Part shown: piece after piece, positions 26,915-40,348 of the stretch
Numbering within the stretch: position 1 is the stretch's first letter
How the letters are laid out: every line of letters begins with the position of its first letter
Origin: Eledone cirrhosa
Lineage: Eukaryota
Direction: 5' to 3'
Length of the DNA: 64,000 nt
Assembly: GCA_964016885.1 (NCBI GenBank)
Contig: OZ024758.1
Span: forward strand, 4,278,001 to 4,342,000
The notes under the pieces: generated by a model
Databases searched by the model: none
Seen by the model: the letters and a program-made list of their open reading frames with translations, nothing else
What the model was told of the DNA's origin: nothing
Program-made: the position numbers and the translations under genes

Positions 26915-27098
26915 CGAAGGGAGCGTGGTAAGGACCAGCTGGACCATAACGCGCCAGAGTACTCGATACTTTGGGTAGTAGAGTGGGTAATAGGAAAAGG
27001 TTCAGGCAGAGCTCAAGCCGTTTCGAAAACTATTTAGTCCAGAAATAGCCGTCGAAACGGCTTCAGCTCTGCCGTCGGGGTCCTGAACCTTTTCCTAT
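26911..27098 (-). mobile_element. TA-associated foldback element, family A (variant)
   Basis: Tail ATAACGAAGG...; both arms carry a copy-specific TAGGAAAAGGTTCAGG. Confidence 0.85.
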
Positions 27099-27109
27099 AT
27101 ATGTATAAT

Positions 27110-27340
27110 ATAAGATCAAAAGATGGTTAAAAGAGTTCCAAGTATTTTATTATGCGCATTTTTCTCCTATATATATATATATATATATAAGATAACAAGA
27201 TATCGTTTAAGGTAATCGAAGTAGAAGTTATCAGTACTCTGTACCGAGGATAGTTGTAGAGTTCGGCGTTTTTTGACTCAACAAGACATTTCTTTAGTCG
27301 GGTGGCCGGTTTACGAAAGTTCCTAGGTTATTGGAGTAAT
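27110..27340. mobile_element. Two further short TA-flanked inserts
   Basis: 27110-27165 matches 63192-63250 (AAAAGATGGTTAAAA..GTTCCA.GTATTT.ATTATGCGCATTT); 27188-27340 is unique here and carries an AGTACTC motif. Confidence 0.45.
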
Positions 27341-28841
27341 AATAATAATAATAATAATATATATATATATATATATATTATGAAGTAAATTACATGAGGC
27401 CGGTCATTTGAATTCCCTTCAACATCCACATTCCATTGGCCAGATTGCGTACGAACCTGGTGACATGTTCAGGTGTATATTGCAGAATGGTTGTATACCA
27501 AAGGAATGATGGTAAACACACTCCATGAGGCTTTAATGAAAAGAGCAAAAAAAAAAACAGAGAAGTAAAACATGTGTTTCTGTTTTTGATTCAGAGACGA
27601 TCGTGGTACCCTGTTGTTATTCTTGCTCATCATCTCTGACCAATTCTACCCAGTGGCTAACAAGCATGTTTGCTCAGAATATTGCTGAAATCTAAAGAAA
27701 AACTTTCATATAATTTATTCCCAATCATATAAGATAGTTGGAGTGAACATTCGAATAGATCGAAGCCACATCTAAATTATTATACATAGAGGTAGAAAAA
27801 TATCCACATTTTTTGCAACTCCTGTCCGGCCGTTTTAAATTACACGGGATACAATTGACAAAGTCTTCATTGAAATTAAAAACAAAATCAGAGCTATACT
27901 CTCCTTGATCAGTCTTGATTAATCAGGATTTACCTGGAGTTAAAGCAACAATGACATTTTACTCTACTGCGCTGATTTATGAAGGTAGCTCTCCATGGGG
28001 TTTATCAACTAGAATATATGTTTATTTATGAGGAAATCATGAAAAGAAAATATAATATGTATATTTTTTAAATGTTCCCACAGAATATATAGATAAACCA
28101 TAACAATGGAAATGATTAAGAACTTTCTTCAATTCCTGGGTTCTATAGCAACTGGAATTATTCACCAATTTAATAAAAAAGGAAAGTCTTCATGATAGCA
28201 ATCATCACTATTTGACATGGGGAGAAAATCAACAGTTTGAATACAGATCCAGATATATATTTTCCAAGGAATTTTCTTATTCCTATTTCATTTTGTTCTT
28301 ACATTAGTTGTCAGTTTTATATATTAAGAAGCCTGAAAACATTCATGAGTGCCAAAATATATGTTGGTTTTATATCTGCATTAATCCGTTTGTTTGCAGT
28401 TAGTCACTTGCGGCATATAGAAAATATATTAACATTATATATTTATTTCAGTATCAACAAATCAATGTTAATGTAAGATTTAAACATTTAATGCTCATAC
28501 TTCAAAAATAAATGTGAATACAGGTTTTTGAAAAGCTGTCAGCTTAATTCTATGAAATATTGGACAGTTATGTATTATTTCGAATACCTTATAACAGAGC
28601 AATACGTTCATTAATAAACTGAATGTTGTATATATAGCTGGGTTTATTTCAGGATGATGAGTTGAAATCAAATGATAGTTTTGTAAGAATGTCACTATTA
28701 ATATCAAATATTGTTTAGGCTGAAGTTATTCTACTGTTTTCGTTTAACCATACCTGCTCCATAACTGCTTTTGCATTCGCAATTTTCTAATCAGACAAAA
28801 AAGCTTCATTTACGTTTATTGTTAGTTTTCTTAAATCAGAT

Positions 28842-29161
28842 CAGGGGTGTGCAACATATTCCATTGGCGGGTCACTTTTTAACATTGGAACAACTATTAG
28901 GGTCATTAATATTTATTAAGCACTATTCCAAAGATTCACCACAACTTCTTTCCATAACATGGAACTGGGAAATTATATCACCCATAACCCTATCGGTGAA
29001 GCCGTTTAGTTTAGATCAACTAACAGAAAATTGTATTAGAGTTACGAAAAAAAAATCCAAATAAGCCTACAAGGTAATAGTTAAAAACGGTCATCGCGGG
29101 CCACTCTGACTGGTCTGGAGGGCTGGGTTGTGGCCCGCAGGCCACCTGTTGCACGCCCCTG
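28842..29161. mobile_element. hAT/Charlie-type MITE
   Basis: TIRs CAGGGGTGTGCAAC / GTTGCACGCCCCTG; degenerate 8-bp flanks AATCAGAT / CCTTAGAT; GCGGGCC subterminal motifs. Confidence 0.8.
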
Positions 29162-29869
29162 CCTTAGATCATTTGTAGACCTGGCCCTCTGATTAAATCT
29201 TTTTGACATTTTCAAATAATCGGAAGAGCAATAAACGCATACTGTTTGTATGACGTACGTTTCACGTGTTCAGAAATATATTATAAAGGAAACTAAAACC
29301 AATACGTTTAAGTAGAAGGTAAAATGGAATGCACAAGGATGACAATGCTACATTTAGTTAGGAAATGAAACAGGATGAATTATGTGAAATAAAACATGAC
29401 AAATCCATTAACGATGTAACAATAAATGACAATGCGCGTTATATAGTTAAGATTTCTTAACTTTTAAGGCGACGTCACATTTTATTATTAAATACATATT
29501 CCATTTATTCGGAAACGGTGAGAAAAGTATGCTGTGGTTTAGAACATGTGGCCATTAAAAGAAAACAACTATATGGAACATTGGCAAGAAATATATTACA
29601 TGTTGCGTCTTTCATACTAAAATAAAGAAGAGAAGACGTCCGACATTTTCATCGAAATATAAAGGATTAATAGATGAGAATTATTAGAATAAATATTGTT
29701 AAAACAAGAATTAGACATATGTAAGCAGGATTGAAAGAGTCAGATATTTAGCAGATTTTAGCCCATATACTATGTGCATGTAACAATATAGTAAAAACAT
29801 GTATCTTATAGAATAAGATATGTTTTGGGATGTTCATACGGGGAAAAGGATTATTACAGGTAATGTAAA

Positions 29870-30328
29870 ATAATGATTTCTCCTACAGGCAAAAGGCCAG
29901 CAATTTTAGGGGTGGGCATTAAATCGATTAAATCGACCTCAGTGCATTGCTTTATTTTATCAAACCTGTAATGTAAAATAATTGTTTCTATTTTTGGTAC
30001 AAGGTCAGCCATTATCTCAGTGCATTACTGGTACTTTATTTTATCGACCACGTAAGGGTCAAAAACTAAGTTAACCTCGATGGTATATCAACTCAGTTCT
30101 TAAAAGGGCCCTAATTCTATGCTGCTAAGCATGGCATCTGACCCTCTACCGATAGTACAAATCCACTGTAAAATAATTGGTTCTGTTTTTGGAACAAGGT
30201 CAGCCATTATATCAGTGCATTACTGGTACTTTATTTATCGACCCCGTAAAGATGAGAGGCAAAGTTAGCCTCGGCGAGATTTAAACTCAGAACGTAAAGG
30301 GCCATAACTGTGTTGCAAAGCATGGTGT
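29870..30328 (-). mobile_element. Three head-to-tail major-family SINE copies
   Basis: Each bounded by TGTAA(A/G)ATAAT. Confidence 0.9.
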
Positions 30329-31266
30329 AAGATAATATGCTCAGAATAGTGATGTAAACTAAAGAAAAACCTTCATATATTTGGGAGCAGCCTAGTCAGA
30401 GAGGAAGTAGTCAAGATTGATTTGGAAAGAGACAGAGCTACAGTTTTTCTATACTTATTAATAGTCATCTATTTGAAATAGATATTTTATTAATTTTTAG
30501 TAATAAAAAATATGTAGCTGATGTTAAAAAAATATCACAAATCGTCATAAAATTAAAAGATATTTCTGGCACATTGCTATTCATATAATTTATTTCTAAT
30601 CATATAATAGTGCTGGAGTTAAATAAAAAAAGTGTAAATAATTATCACAACTTGAGAACTAAGCTGGGAAAACTCGTGGATTTATATGAATAAGTGTTGT
30701 TTATAAATATCATTGCTGAAGGCAAGCTCAAAAGCGCAACAGTCGAGATTAAAAGAGAGTGGGATTCGTTGCAATCTATGAAGCTTAGCCTCCTCAAATC
30801 TGTCATATTCTCTTCTGCTTCAGGGCTCCGGAAATAATTGACACTAAAGTTTCAAATAGGAATATGATAAATGACTATATGAAACTATGTCCGAATATAG
30901 ACACATTTTTTTAACTATAGCTAGTGGGACATTTTTTTTTTTGGGGGGGGGAGATATGATAGATATCTGTTGCACCTTGTAGGTATTGATTTAAATAGTC
31001 GTATGTAATATTAGATGACAATTATAACCGTTGTCTTCTCAACGCAAAAATAAAACAGAAGATTAGATTTTAACAGCAGACCTACTTCTTGCGGTGTTTT
31101 AATTATACGAACAACATACGTTTTAAACAACACGTACTTGAAACTAGTACAGCGTTCCTTTGTCAGTGTTGAACAAACGAGCAACGATGGTTGCTAGACA
31201 CTACAGCTTAATACGGGATTATAATAAATGTTCGGTGAATCCATACGTACATATATATATGTGTGC

Positions 31267-31305
<39 letters not shown>

Positions 31306-31433
31306 CTACTGTACGTCTGTATACATATATGTGTGCATGTACGTGTACATACTTATATTTAAGTAACAGCTGTACTAAGAGTGGGAAATGAAATTTCCGT
31401 TTATATATATATACATTATATATATACATATAA

Positions 31434-31620
31434 GGGTGGTGGATTGGCAGTATCGGTAGAGGGTCGGACGTCATGCTTTCCAGCATAGTTACGTCCCTTT
31501 ACGATCTGAGTTCAAATCCCGCCGAGGTTGACTTTGCCTTTCATCCTTACGGGGTCGATAAAATAAAGTACCAGTAATGCACTGGTAATTGCTGGCCTTG
31601 TGCCTAAAGTAGAAACAATT
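31434..31620 (+). mobile_element. Major SINE family copy (close to consensus)
   Basis: Nearly identical to 51238-51405. Confidence 0.92.
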
Positions 31621-31630
31621 ATATATATAC

Positions 31631-31667
<37 letters not shown>

Positions 31668-31692
31668 CATATATATATACATATATATATAC

Positions 31693-31727
<35 letters not shown>

Positions 31728-32039
31728 CATACATATATATATATACATTATATATATATATACATACATATATATATATACATACATATATATATATACA
31801 TACATATATATATATACATTATATATATATATACATACATATATATATATACATACATATATATATATACATACATATATATACATTATATATATATATA
31901 CATACATATATATACATTATATATATATATACATACATATATATACATTATATATATATATACATATATATACATTATATATATATACATACATATATAT
32001 ACATTATATATATATATACATACATATATATACATTATA

Positions 32040-32081
<42 letters not shown>

Positions 32082-32115
32082 CATATATATATACATTGTA
32101 TATATATATATATAT
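31621..32115. repeat. Compound (TA)n/TACA microsatellite
   Basis: Direct observation. Confidence 0.95.
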
Positions 32116-32957
32116 GTCTTTGGTCTTCAAATTTATTATTATTACTATATATATATATATATCACAAGCCTTCATATTTCTGCATCCTTCAAAGACATAT
32201 AATGCCATTTTTTGTTTCCTGACTTTTAAGAAGAATCAGTTTAATCATGTAAATAATGTACGAATTAACATTATTGAAAATATCATTATTATTATTATTA
32301 TAATTTTTATTATTATTATATCTACTATTACTAGCTCCGCCACCATCATCATCTTCATCATTATATCTATAAATTTCTGAAATGATTTCGAACAAATCCT
32401 AGCGCGTATTGATTCTCCGACAATAGATCCATTACGAGATTGAATTCGTAAAATTTGACGATCGTATCCTTAAGTCAAATGCAGGAACGAGTGTAATTAA
32501 TGAAGTTCATGACTAAACAATATTCAGCACAGCAGACAGATCACGACCTGTGAAATTACAATGCTATTGTAATCCATAACAAGTGCTTTCAGTTATAAGT
32601 GAATAGGAAATTAAATAGTGCTAGTTTACTAATATTATACCTATATAGCTGCTGGTGAACTTCACCTATATATAAAGAGGTTGTATTAATAATTTCACAA
32701 AATGATTAAATGTTTCATTTTACTCTGTTCATAATATATATGATATAGTATATTATAGTTTTGTGTATGATTATACACACATTCTTACATATATACTGTG
32801 TGTGCATATATATATATGTACGTGTGTGTACATATATGTATACATATATATGCATGTATGTATATATACATGTTTGTACATTTATATTTACACTCGTACA
32901 GATATATATATATATATATACATGTTTGTACATTTATATTTACACTCGTACAGATAT

Positions 32958-32990
<33 letters not shown>

Positions 32991-32993
<3 letters not shown>

Positions 32994-33544
32994 GGTGTGT
33001 ACGATATTTGTTCGCAATTATCAACTAATTTTATGCAAATTTCTTTTACTTCCGTTGTCACTCTTGTCTTCATAAAAACAGTGACTATATTTCCATATAT
33101 TTATTTTCAGAATAATTGATTATGAATAATTTTGAACCTCCAAATTTGTGGAAGAGACATAGAGTTCTTCTTGGAATCCGCGCCGGGAGGACAAATAAGG
33201 ACCAGAAGATCAATTTCCAGAAAAGGTGGCTCGCTGTCTCATCCAAAGACGTGCCCAGTGTCATGCAGACAAAGTTTCCAGCGACAACATTGGTCTTAGG
33301 TGTCATCAGCAGTCAATGTGACGTCATGCCACCTCACTTTTTCCCTGAGGGCCTCAAGCTGAACACCGATGGCTACATCCGCGTTCTGAGCGAGGTAGTA
33401 AAGCCCTGGATCGACCAGGTAGCTGCAAGTAGGCCGTACGTGTAGCAGCAAGACACAGCGCCTTGCCATACCAGCCGAAAGACCCAAGCCTGGCTGTCAG
33501 AGAACTTCGTCGACCACACTTCACCTGACATCTGGCCTCCCAGC
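32991..33544 (+). mobile_element. Tc1/mariner superfamily (DD37D/maT-like) transposase relic, internally deleted and 3' truncated
   Basis: Starts TA|CAGGGTG; ORF MNNFEPPNLWKRH... jumps to the catalytic region ...VMPPHFFPEGLKLNTDGY...RPYV*QQDTAPCHTSRKTQAWL...WPPS; in-frame stop at 33443-33445. Confidence 0.85.
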
Positions 33545-34193
33545 TATATATGTATATGCATGTATATACATATATATTTATATCGGCAATGAGCGACGGA
33601 CCCACGCGGAGATCAATTGTTGAGTCGATTTTGGCTGAAGTCACCGGATGATGATAATTATCATGCAATAACAATACACAACAAACATATTATATCATTA
33701 CCAACCTAAACTAAAAATATATGCCATAAAACATTTAACACATATTAAATGCAAATGCCACGAAACTAAATCACGCAATACTAACGAATGTAAGAAAGAA
33801 ATACAATAAACTTGAGATACTCACACCAACATTCAAAAGCAATTGTTCTCTAAAACTGCAGTTAAAATCATTTGTTCAATATATTGCATAGTAGAAAATT
33901 GCAAGAAATTGTGGAAATAATATTTTCAAATTTAGGGAAACCAAGCTGTTTTGGGGAGGGACTGATACATTCGTTGATTTTACTTAATCAATTCTGAAAG
34001 GATGAAAGTCAAAGGTGTGCATATGAGATAACTGTTTCAACTTTATACTATAGACAGACCTTTGACTAAAAAGTTCTAGAAAAAGAATTGGTCGACATAT
34101 AGTAGATAAGTTAAATATCTGATGCAAAATCCATAAGCTAGGAATAAAACAAGAGGAATTTGTAATGTAAACATATAATAACTATACTATATA

Positions 34194-34273
34194 TTGGGTC
34201 GTCAATTATGAAATGTGGAGAAATTTGTTTTTTATTTTATAAATGTCAACAAATATCATACTTCACGACCCAA
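34194..34273. mobile_element. 80-bp mariner-type MITE
   Basis: 18-bp TIRs TTGGGTCGT.AA.TATGA (2 mismatches), TA on both sides. Confidence 0.7.
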
Positions 34274-35869
34274 TAAAAAAACATTTAGGGTCACTCATCG
34301 AAGGTTAGGAGGCAAATGCCATATTCACTGGTGCAGAGCACATAAAGAATGTGAAAGTCTTTATTAGAGTGGACACAGTCCTTATAAATTAGCTATTCAT
34401 GTTTTATAACAATTTTATACCTCTTTTCGGTGTTTGAATGTATTTGGTTACAATTCCATGTAATTCTATCACAAATTAGACAAAACTAATTTCATTGTCC
34501 TTTGACATTTTAAATCATAAATTATGAAGTTAAAAAGAGAAAATATTCTAATTGGCAATCATTTTCTGGCAGCTTAGATGAATTAATTTTGTTAACATTA
34601 GTTTTGATGACGAATTTCATAAATCCCGTAATCGAATGTGAAAAGTATCCTGCTCTTAGTTCAGGAGATAATTTTTATTCCACTGTATTATAATTCCTTT
34701 CGCTTGACGTTCGATATTTAGAAAATGAGTGTTTATGTAATTCCCAGCCATAAGGATATTGCCATTAATGTCAACAATATTGGTCAGATCATTGTAGCTA
34801 GAAAATACAAAAAAAAAAATAAAACATTACCTCTACCAACTTCACTAGAATAAGCGGCTGCACGAATATTTATAGCCAACCCTTAACATCACCAGGAGTT
34901 ACAAGACAAAAAAGACAACAAATGGCATCAGACGCAACAGAAACAACAACAAAAAACTAGCAAATTTTTTATTCCAAAATTTGGTTCAGTGTTCTTTGCT
35001 TTCTAACACTACATTTAGCTAAATTTTGCAGAGACGATATATCCATGTTTCATTGGTGCTAGATATTTCAGAGAGATTTTTATGGCATGTTTAGGAAGGG
35101 GAAACTGAATTAATCCCAGAGGAAATGTATACAGAAATTTAGTGATGTATGTTCGACCTCCAAATGTCATAACTTAACGTACTAATAGGATATTTAATAC
35201 TATTTGTATTCAGTGGACACTATAAAAGAAAAAAATGATTGTATTGTAAAACACATGCTTCTCCAATGATAATGATAACAATATTATTTCTAACAAAGGC
35301 AGGTCAACAATGCTGGTAGACGATTAATTAAATCCTAATACTTGACTAATACGATCTTTAAACAGAATAAAGTAAATCATTAACAGAGATGATGATATAT
35401 TTTGAAATAAAGGTAAAGGTATGTAGCTAAATATGCAAAGTGACTTTCCTGTTATCAACAGAAAAATCTAAATATTTAGATTAATCGAGCTTTAATCTAG
35501 AATTTATGCTAGTATTTAGAATATTCATGCAGATGTTACTAATTAATTTTGAAACGTGATGCGTATATCAACACATAGAAAGGTGATATACTTATAGCAG
35601 TATCTACTTATACATTTACCAGCATAGTTTCAAATTAATAATTTGTTTAATATATTTTCTTTGCAAAAGTGTTAATACAATCAATGTTGTCAGGAAGACT
35701 GATATAGAGCCTGAGTGTATTTGAAACTCAACACAAAATGGTTTTTAAATCATCAAAATGCTGTCAATTACAGCGACGGGAAAATCTATTCAAAATCTAA
35801 TGTGGCCGAATTTACACTCGCAAATAAGAAGAACCAGGGCCGCCCCTAGGAGCATTGGATTTGGTGTAC

Positions 35870-36275
35870 TTCATATTTGTTTCGGTTGCTGAATAAAATC
35901 AGGGGTGGCGGCTTCTCCTGACGGTCAATAGTTCTCTTCTAACTCGAGCGGGAGCACCTTTCCATTGTCGACTTGCATTGATCATCTTCAAAGCCGAATT
36001 GTTCTCAGAACCACTAGACCAGTCTTTCGATGCGTGCAGCTGGAACTACTGCCACCCATTGATTTGGCAGGAATTTTCTTCTCTTTTTTTTTTAGATGGC
36101 CGTTGATTCTTATGAGTTCTTTCGCCCTTTTTCAACGTTTTCTTTTTGTCCTGGAGGGTGTCCAAAATCTCCCTCCTCACCAAGTAAACTTGGTGCCGTT
36201 GCCAGTTTAGTCGCCGACGACCCGATTATGCGACAGGTTGTACAGGCTTACATGCTACCAGAGTGACCTGACCTG
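35870..36275 (-). mobile_element. Probable RTE/BovB-like LINE 5' region
   Basis: GC-richer island; minus strand GTAGCATG...GGCGACTAAACTGG resembles a 5' UTR motif I recall from RTE elements (not verified). Confidence 0.35.
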
Positions 36276-38589
36276 TAAAATGTACCTCAAATGAGAGAGA
36301 TCAGTAGCTAGAAGTGCATTGGCCCACACAAATGATAGAAATAAATAAATATTGGAACAAGATAAACGAGAAACGATACCACACATATCTTTGAGTTTGA
36401 TTCAAAATATTTGCAATCGATTCCTTCATGGTCTTTCGTCAATTTGACTTTTTAAATTTACAATATTGTTCCTATATAGGCGTAAACTTGGCTTCCATTT
36501 GATAGTATATTATGTTGCTATTTTTGTAGAAGCTACGATTGATAAACTTCGGTAGTGTGTTTTGGAAACATTTTAATTTTAATTACTTGAATTTATATTT
36601 TACAATATCAGCTGAAGTATGTGGTTTCTTTTCAATAATGTAGTAACAATCTAAACTTGTAAAGTGGGTGATGATATACGTTCGAGTATGAACGTTAAGC
36701 TATGTGTATGTGAATGTATGTGTATAGGTATGTGTGTTTATCTGTTATCTTTCCCATTTGAGTGTGTTATTTTCTTTAACGGGCTTCCCACTCAATTGTA
36801 AGTTTGTAAAGAAACGATAATTACGAATAAAAATTATCTTTCAAATTTCGTCATCTGTAAAGAATTTGCATTTTGTATTTTAGTGTAGATACGGCGTTCG
36901 TTCGCAGCACATGTTTTACGGAGCTAAATTATCTATCCGAGAAGCCATAATCCACAGTACTTTGTTTCCACGTAAACTTTTGCATTAATAAAATTGTGTA
37001 CACAGCTGAAAACGCTAGATGTGTAAACTATTACTCCCTATGTCATATGAGTCATAATTCTGTTGCATAACTTCTAGCATGCTGGTAGTAATCCTCAGAG
37101 AAAAAGCCTTCTGTATTCTGTCCACCAGAGCCGCGGGGCGACCAGCGAGTGGGACCCATTTGCTTTGCTCATAATAGTGAGAGATTGGGAGAGAATGGGA
37201 GAGCGAGAGAGACGGAAGCAGTGACAGTGGGAGTTTGGTTCCTTTGTGTTCTGATCTGGTGTATATGTATATGATTCGCAGTCAGAAATCTAGGGGACCA
37301 GTAGCAATACAGAAGCAATATTTGTATTGGGCTATTGAATTCAACTCCAGGATGTATTTGCTTTTACCATCCCAAATAATATCATGCCGAGTGTATTTTA
37401 ATTTAGTAACTGTTTTCTCATAGATTAACCTATTATTTTGTTGTATTCGACTCAATATGTTTGTATATTTTGACTATTTTAAACACACTATTGTGTTTAT
37501 ATCAATAATATAGATATATAAATATGTGAATTATCAGAGGTGATTTATGTTTGTTATTCATTTCAGTGCTATGGAGAATTGAAAAAGTCTTCGGCTTTAA
37601 ATGTACCTGTCATTATTTGTAGGCTGATAAATAGAGCACCAGCCCCGTACAGGTGTTTTCGTTTCCCACATACACACACACACACACATTCTCTATATTT
37701 ATCCCTGTTCTTCTTTATATATTCCATGACAAGATAGCGAACGTATATATACATACATATATATAGTCATATACATATATGTGTACACACACATATATAC
37801 ATACATATATATATATTCATATACACTCACACACACACGTATATATACATATACATTTGTGTATACACACACAGATACACACATACACACATTGGATGGA
37901 ACATAAGTGAAAGCATTGACCTTTTACTCTTCTCACATTTACCAATAATAATCTAAGTCTATATTAATCTCTGTTTTCGAAACTAATGCACACCATTATA
38001 ATTAGTTCCTTTAAATGTTTTAATTTCCACGGCTAAAGTATTCAAGAATTAATATCCATGCAATATCTATTATGTAGAGAAACAATTAATTACTGGGACA
38101 ATTGAATAAATTCGGGTCAACGAAATGTCACTTCTAATACGATAGAAATTGACGTTCTTCAATTGATTTCAAATAGTCTTGACTTTAGTATGTTTTGACA
38201 TTTAAAAAACTGATAAATCTATGTGGAATCTTTTCAAACGTTACTTATGGATGGTGAGCTAATTCGTATTGATCATAAGAAATGAATAATTTCCAATACT
38301 GTTTCAATGAACATTGCCTATCTAACTCTAGGACACCACGTGCGTGGTTTTCGATCAGAATTACTTTTATTGTTTTTGAGATCAGCCCCATTTATCATAT
38401 CGTTTTCACTAACCTAATTATAGATTGTTACACTTCACCACTTCCTTCATTCATATTCTTAATTGACAACAATTGCTTAGTACCAGATAAAAGCCAATGA
38501 CAGATGCAATGTGTCCGAACACGGAAGAGTCGAACTCCCACTGCCATCAACCTTAACTCTCTCGCCCTCCCCATCTCTCTGTATTGTGA

Positions 38590-38845
38590 ACAAATGGGGT
38601 CCCACGTGATGGCCGCCCCACAGCCCCGGCAGACAGAATGGAGAAGGCGAGGGATGGTAAGGGAGATGTGCTAGAAAAGCCATTCCATCTCGCGAGACTC
38701 ACACATGCAGCTGGTCAGCTCAGCGCCTATGGTGGTGTGTAGGGATGTATCCCCAGAGCCAAGGACAACAGAAGTCTCGACTGCCAAGGCTACGACCGCA
38801 AGCCTGTAGGAGAGCATCTTAGTCAGCCTATGGGCTTGTCAGACG
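38590..38845 (-). mobile_element. CRE-like LINE 3' fragment
   Basis: Alignable at nucleotide level with 55395-55660. Confidence 0.75.
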
Positions 38846-39446
38846 AGTCTTATAAATGTGATGCACAAATAAAGTGAGCTTTTAAAAAGCTCAAGAAAAC
38901 GATTTTTAACTTCATTAGGTTTACTACTCAATAAAAGTTTCTTTACTTTTGAAAGAAGTAGGACTGTTTCTCATATAGTCAGTTGTATGTAGGGTGTTCT
39001 AGAGCAAGAAGCCAAAGAAAACAAAAAAACTTCAAAATATTGTATTACCTGAAGTTGTATGAGTTCTATATAATTTTTCGTTGAATACATTTTTCTATTA
39101 TTTTCATTATTACTTTGTGAATTTAGATATTTTAAATACAGTTTTTAAATTACGTTATGCAATATTTAAATAATTTTGTAACATGATCATTACGATAGAA
39201 GCGATAGATATCAATATGTCCGTAATGAATAGATTTGAGCGCAGCACAGGCCGGAGAGAAGACTCAGAGGACGCTAGTATATATATATATATAGAGAGAT
39301 GTATTTATACATACACACATCTATATATATATATATATAAATATATATGTGTGTGTATGTGCATGTGCGTGTTTTCGCTTCAACATAGCTTCCAAAATTC
39401 ATAGCTCAAGGCTTTCAAATACAAAATACACACACATACATACATA

Positions 39447-39563
39447 TGATGATTTCTCCCGAATGAAACAGTTCTAGTCCTGTAGAAGCCATTTCTATAT
39501 TAAATGTTTATACTCTGCTATGTATTGATTACATTATTTACTCTGGTTACCCCCAATTGAACA

Positions 39564-39565
<2 letters not shown>
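39447..39565 (+). mobile_element. Family E copy, truncated inside the hammerhead core, with tail
   Basis: TGATGATTTCTCCCGAATGAAACAGTTCTAGTCCTGTAGAAGCCATTTCTA is identical to 14793-14843; ends at (TA)n. Confidence 0.8.
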
Positions 39566-39596
<31 letters not shown>

Positions 39597-39598
<2 letters not shown>

Positions 39599-39955
39599 GA
39601 AATTATATTTAATTTGTTGGGATTCCAACAATCTTAAAAGTTTATAACTGATATAGAGCACTCAACAGTTTACTGGAGTAAATATTCAATATATTAATAA
39701 ATGGAAACTATATTTATAAAACCATATTTATTTTATTATATATATTTCAAGCGCAACCAAGCCAATCTTGGTGCACTTTCATCAAAATACAAAATTTGTA
39801 TCTATCCAGCGAATTTTCAACCGTCAAGGTTGTTTTCCATGGTTATGTCACTATTTATAAAACCAATTTTGTATTTTATCTGATGAAAGCGTACCAAGAT
39901 TGGCTTAAAATAATTATCGTTTTATAAATATAGCTTCCATTTATTAATATATTGT
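39597..39955. mobile_element. Family D foldback element with two damaged hammerhead copies
   Basis: Minus arm about 39730-39790 has TGATGA-helix II-GAAA-TATATA-TA but lacks C3; plus arm 39871-39906 has CTGATGA but has lost GAAA. Confidence 0.75.
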
Positions 39956-39964
39956 ATATATATA

Positions 39965-40180
39965 GGTAGTAGTAGTTCCACAACAGTTAGTTCACCATAC
40001 CGAGAACAAATGTTTCACCTTATGCGGATCTTCAGCTCGGTCTGAAGATCCGCATAAGGTGAAACATTTGTTCTCGGTATGGTGCACTAACTGTTGTGGA
40101 ACTACTTCTACCAAACACATCCCATGGACTGAGTGCTCTACTACTACGGATATAACCCTCCAGTGTTCTACTATTATTTA

Positions 40181-40181
<1 letters not shown>
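39965..40181 (+). mobile_element. TA-associated foldback element, family C
   Basis: 71-bp inverted arms 39965-40035 / 40042-40112 (2 mismatches), 6-nt spacer, ~70-nt tail, TA flanks. Confidence 0.85.
39999..40041 (-). ncRNA. Minimal type I hammerhead ribozyme (family C)
   Basis: ACCGAG-CTGAAGA-T CC(GCATAA)GG T-GAAA-C(ATTT)G-TT-CTCGGT: perfect 6-bp helix I, intact core, very short helices II and III, predicted GUU cleavage. Confidence 0.75.
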
Positions 40182-40220
<39 letters not shown>

Positions 40221-40316
40221 CCTCCAAAACGTTAAGACCCTCCTCCTGATATATCAAGCATTAACCTAATATAACCTTTCCATATACTGTAACGATTGTG
40301 TTATTTCTATTTACCT

Positions 40317-40348
<32 letters not shown>

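Noticed and set aside
29864-30336. Repeat-spacer pattern as a CRISPR array
   Set aside because: The intervening units are homologous SINE copies, the context is eukaryotic and there are no cas genes.
31434-31525. SINE heads as tRNA genes
   Set aside because: A/B boxes are present, but there is no complete cloverleaf, and the copies are numerous, diverged and carry TSDs.
37125-37240. Short GC-rich stretch as a promoter
   Set aside because: Too short, with no downstream gene or convincing core motifs.
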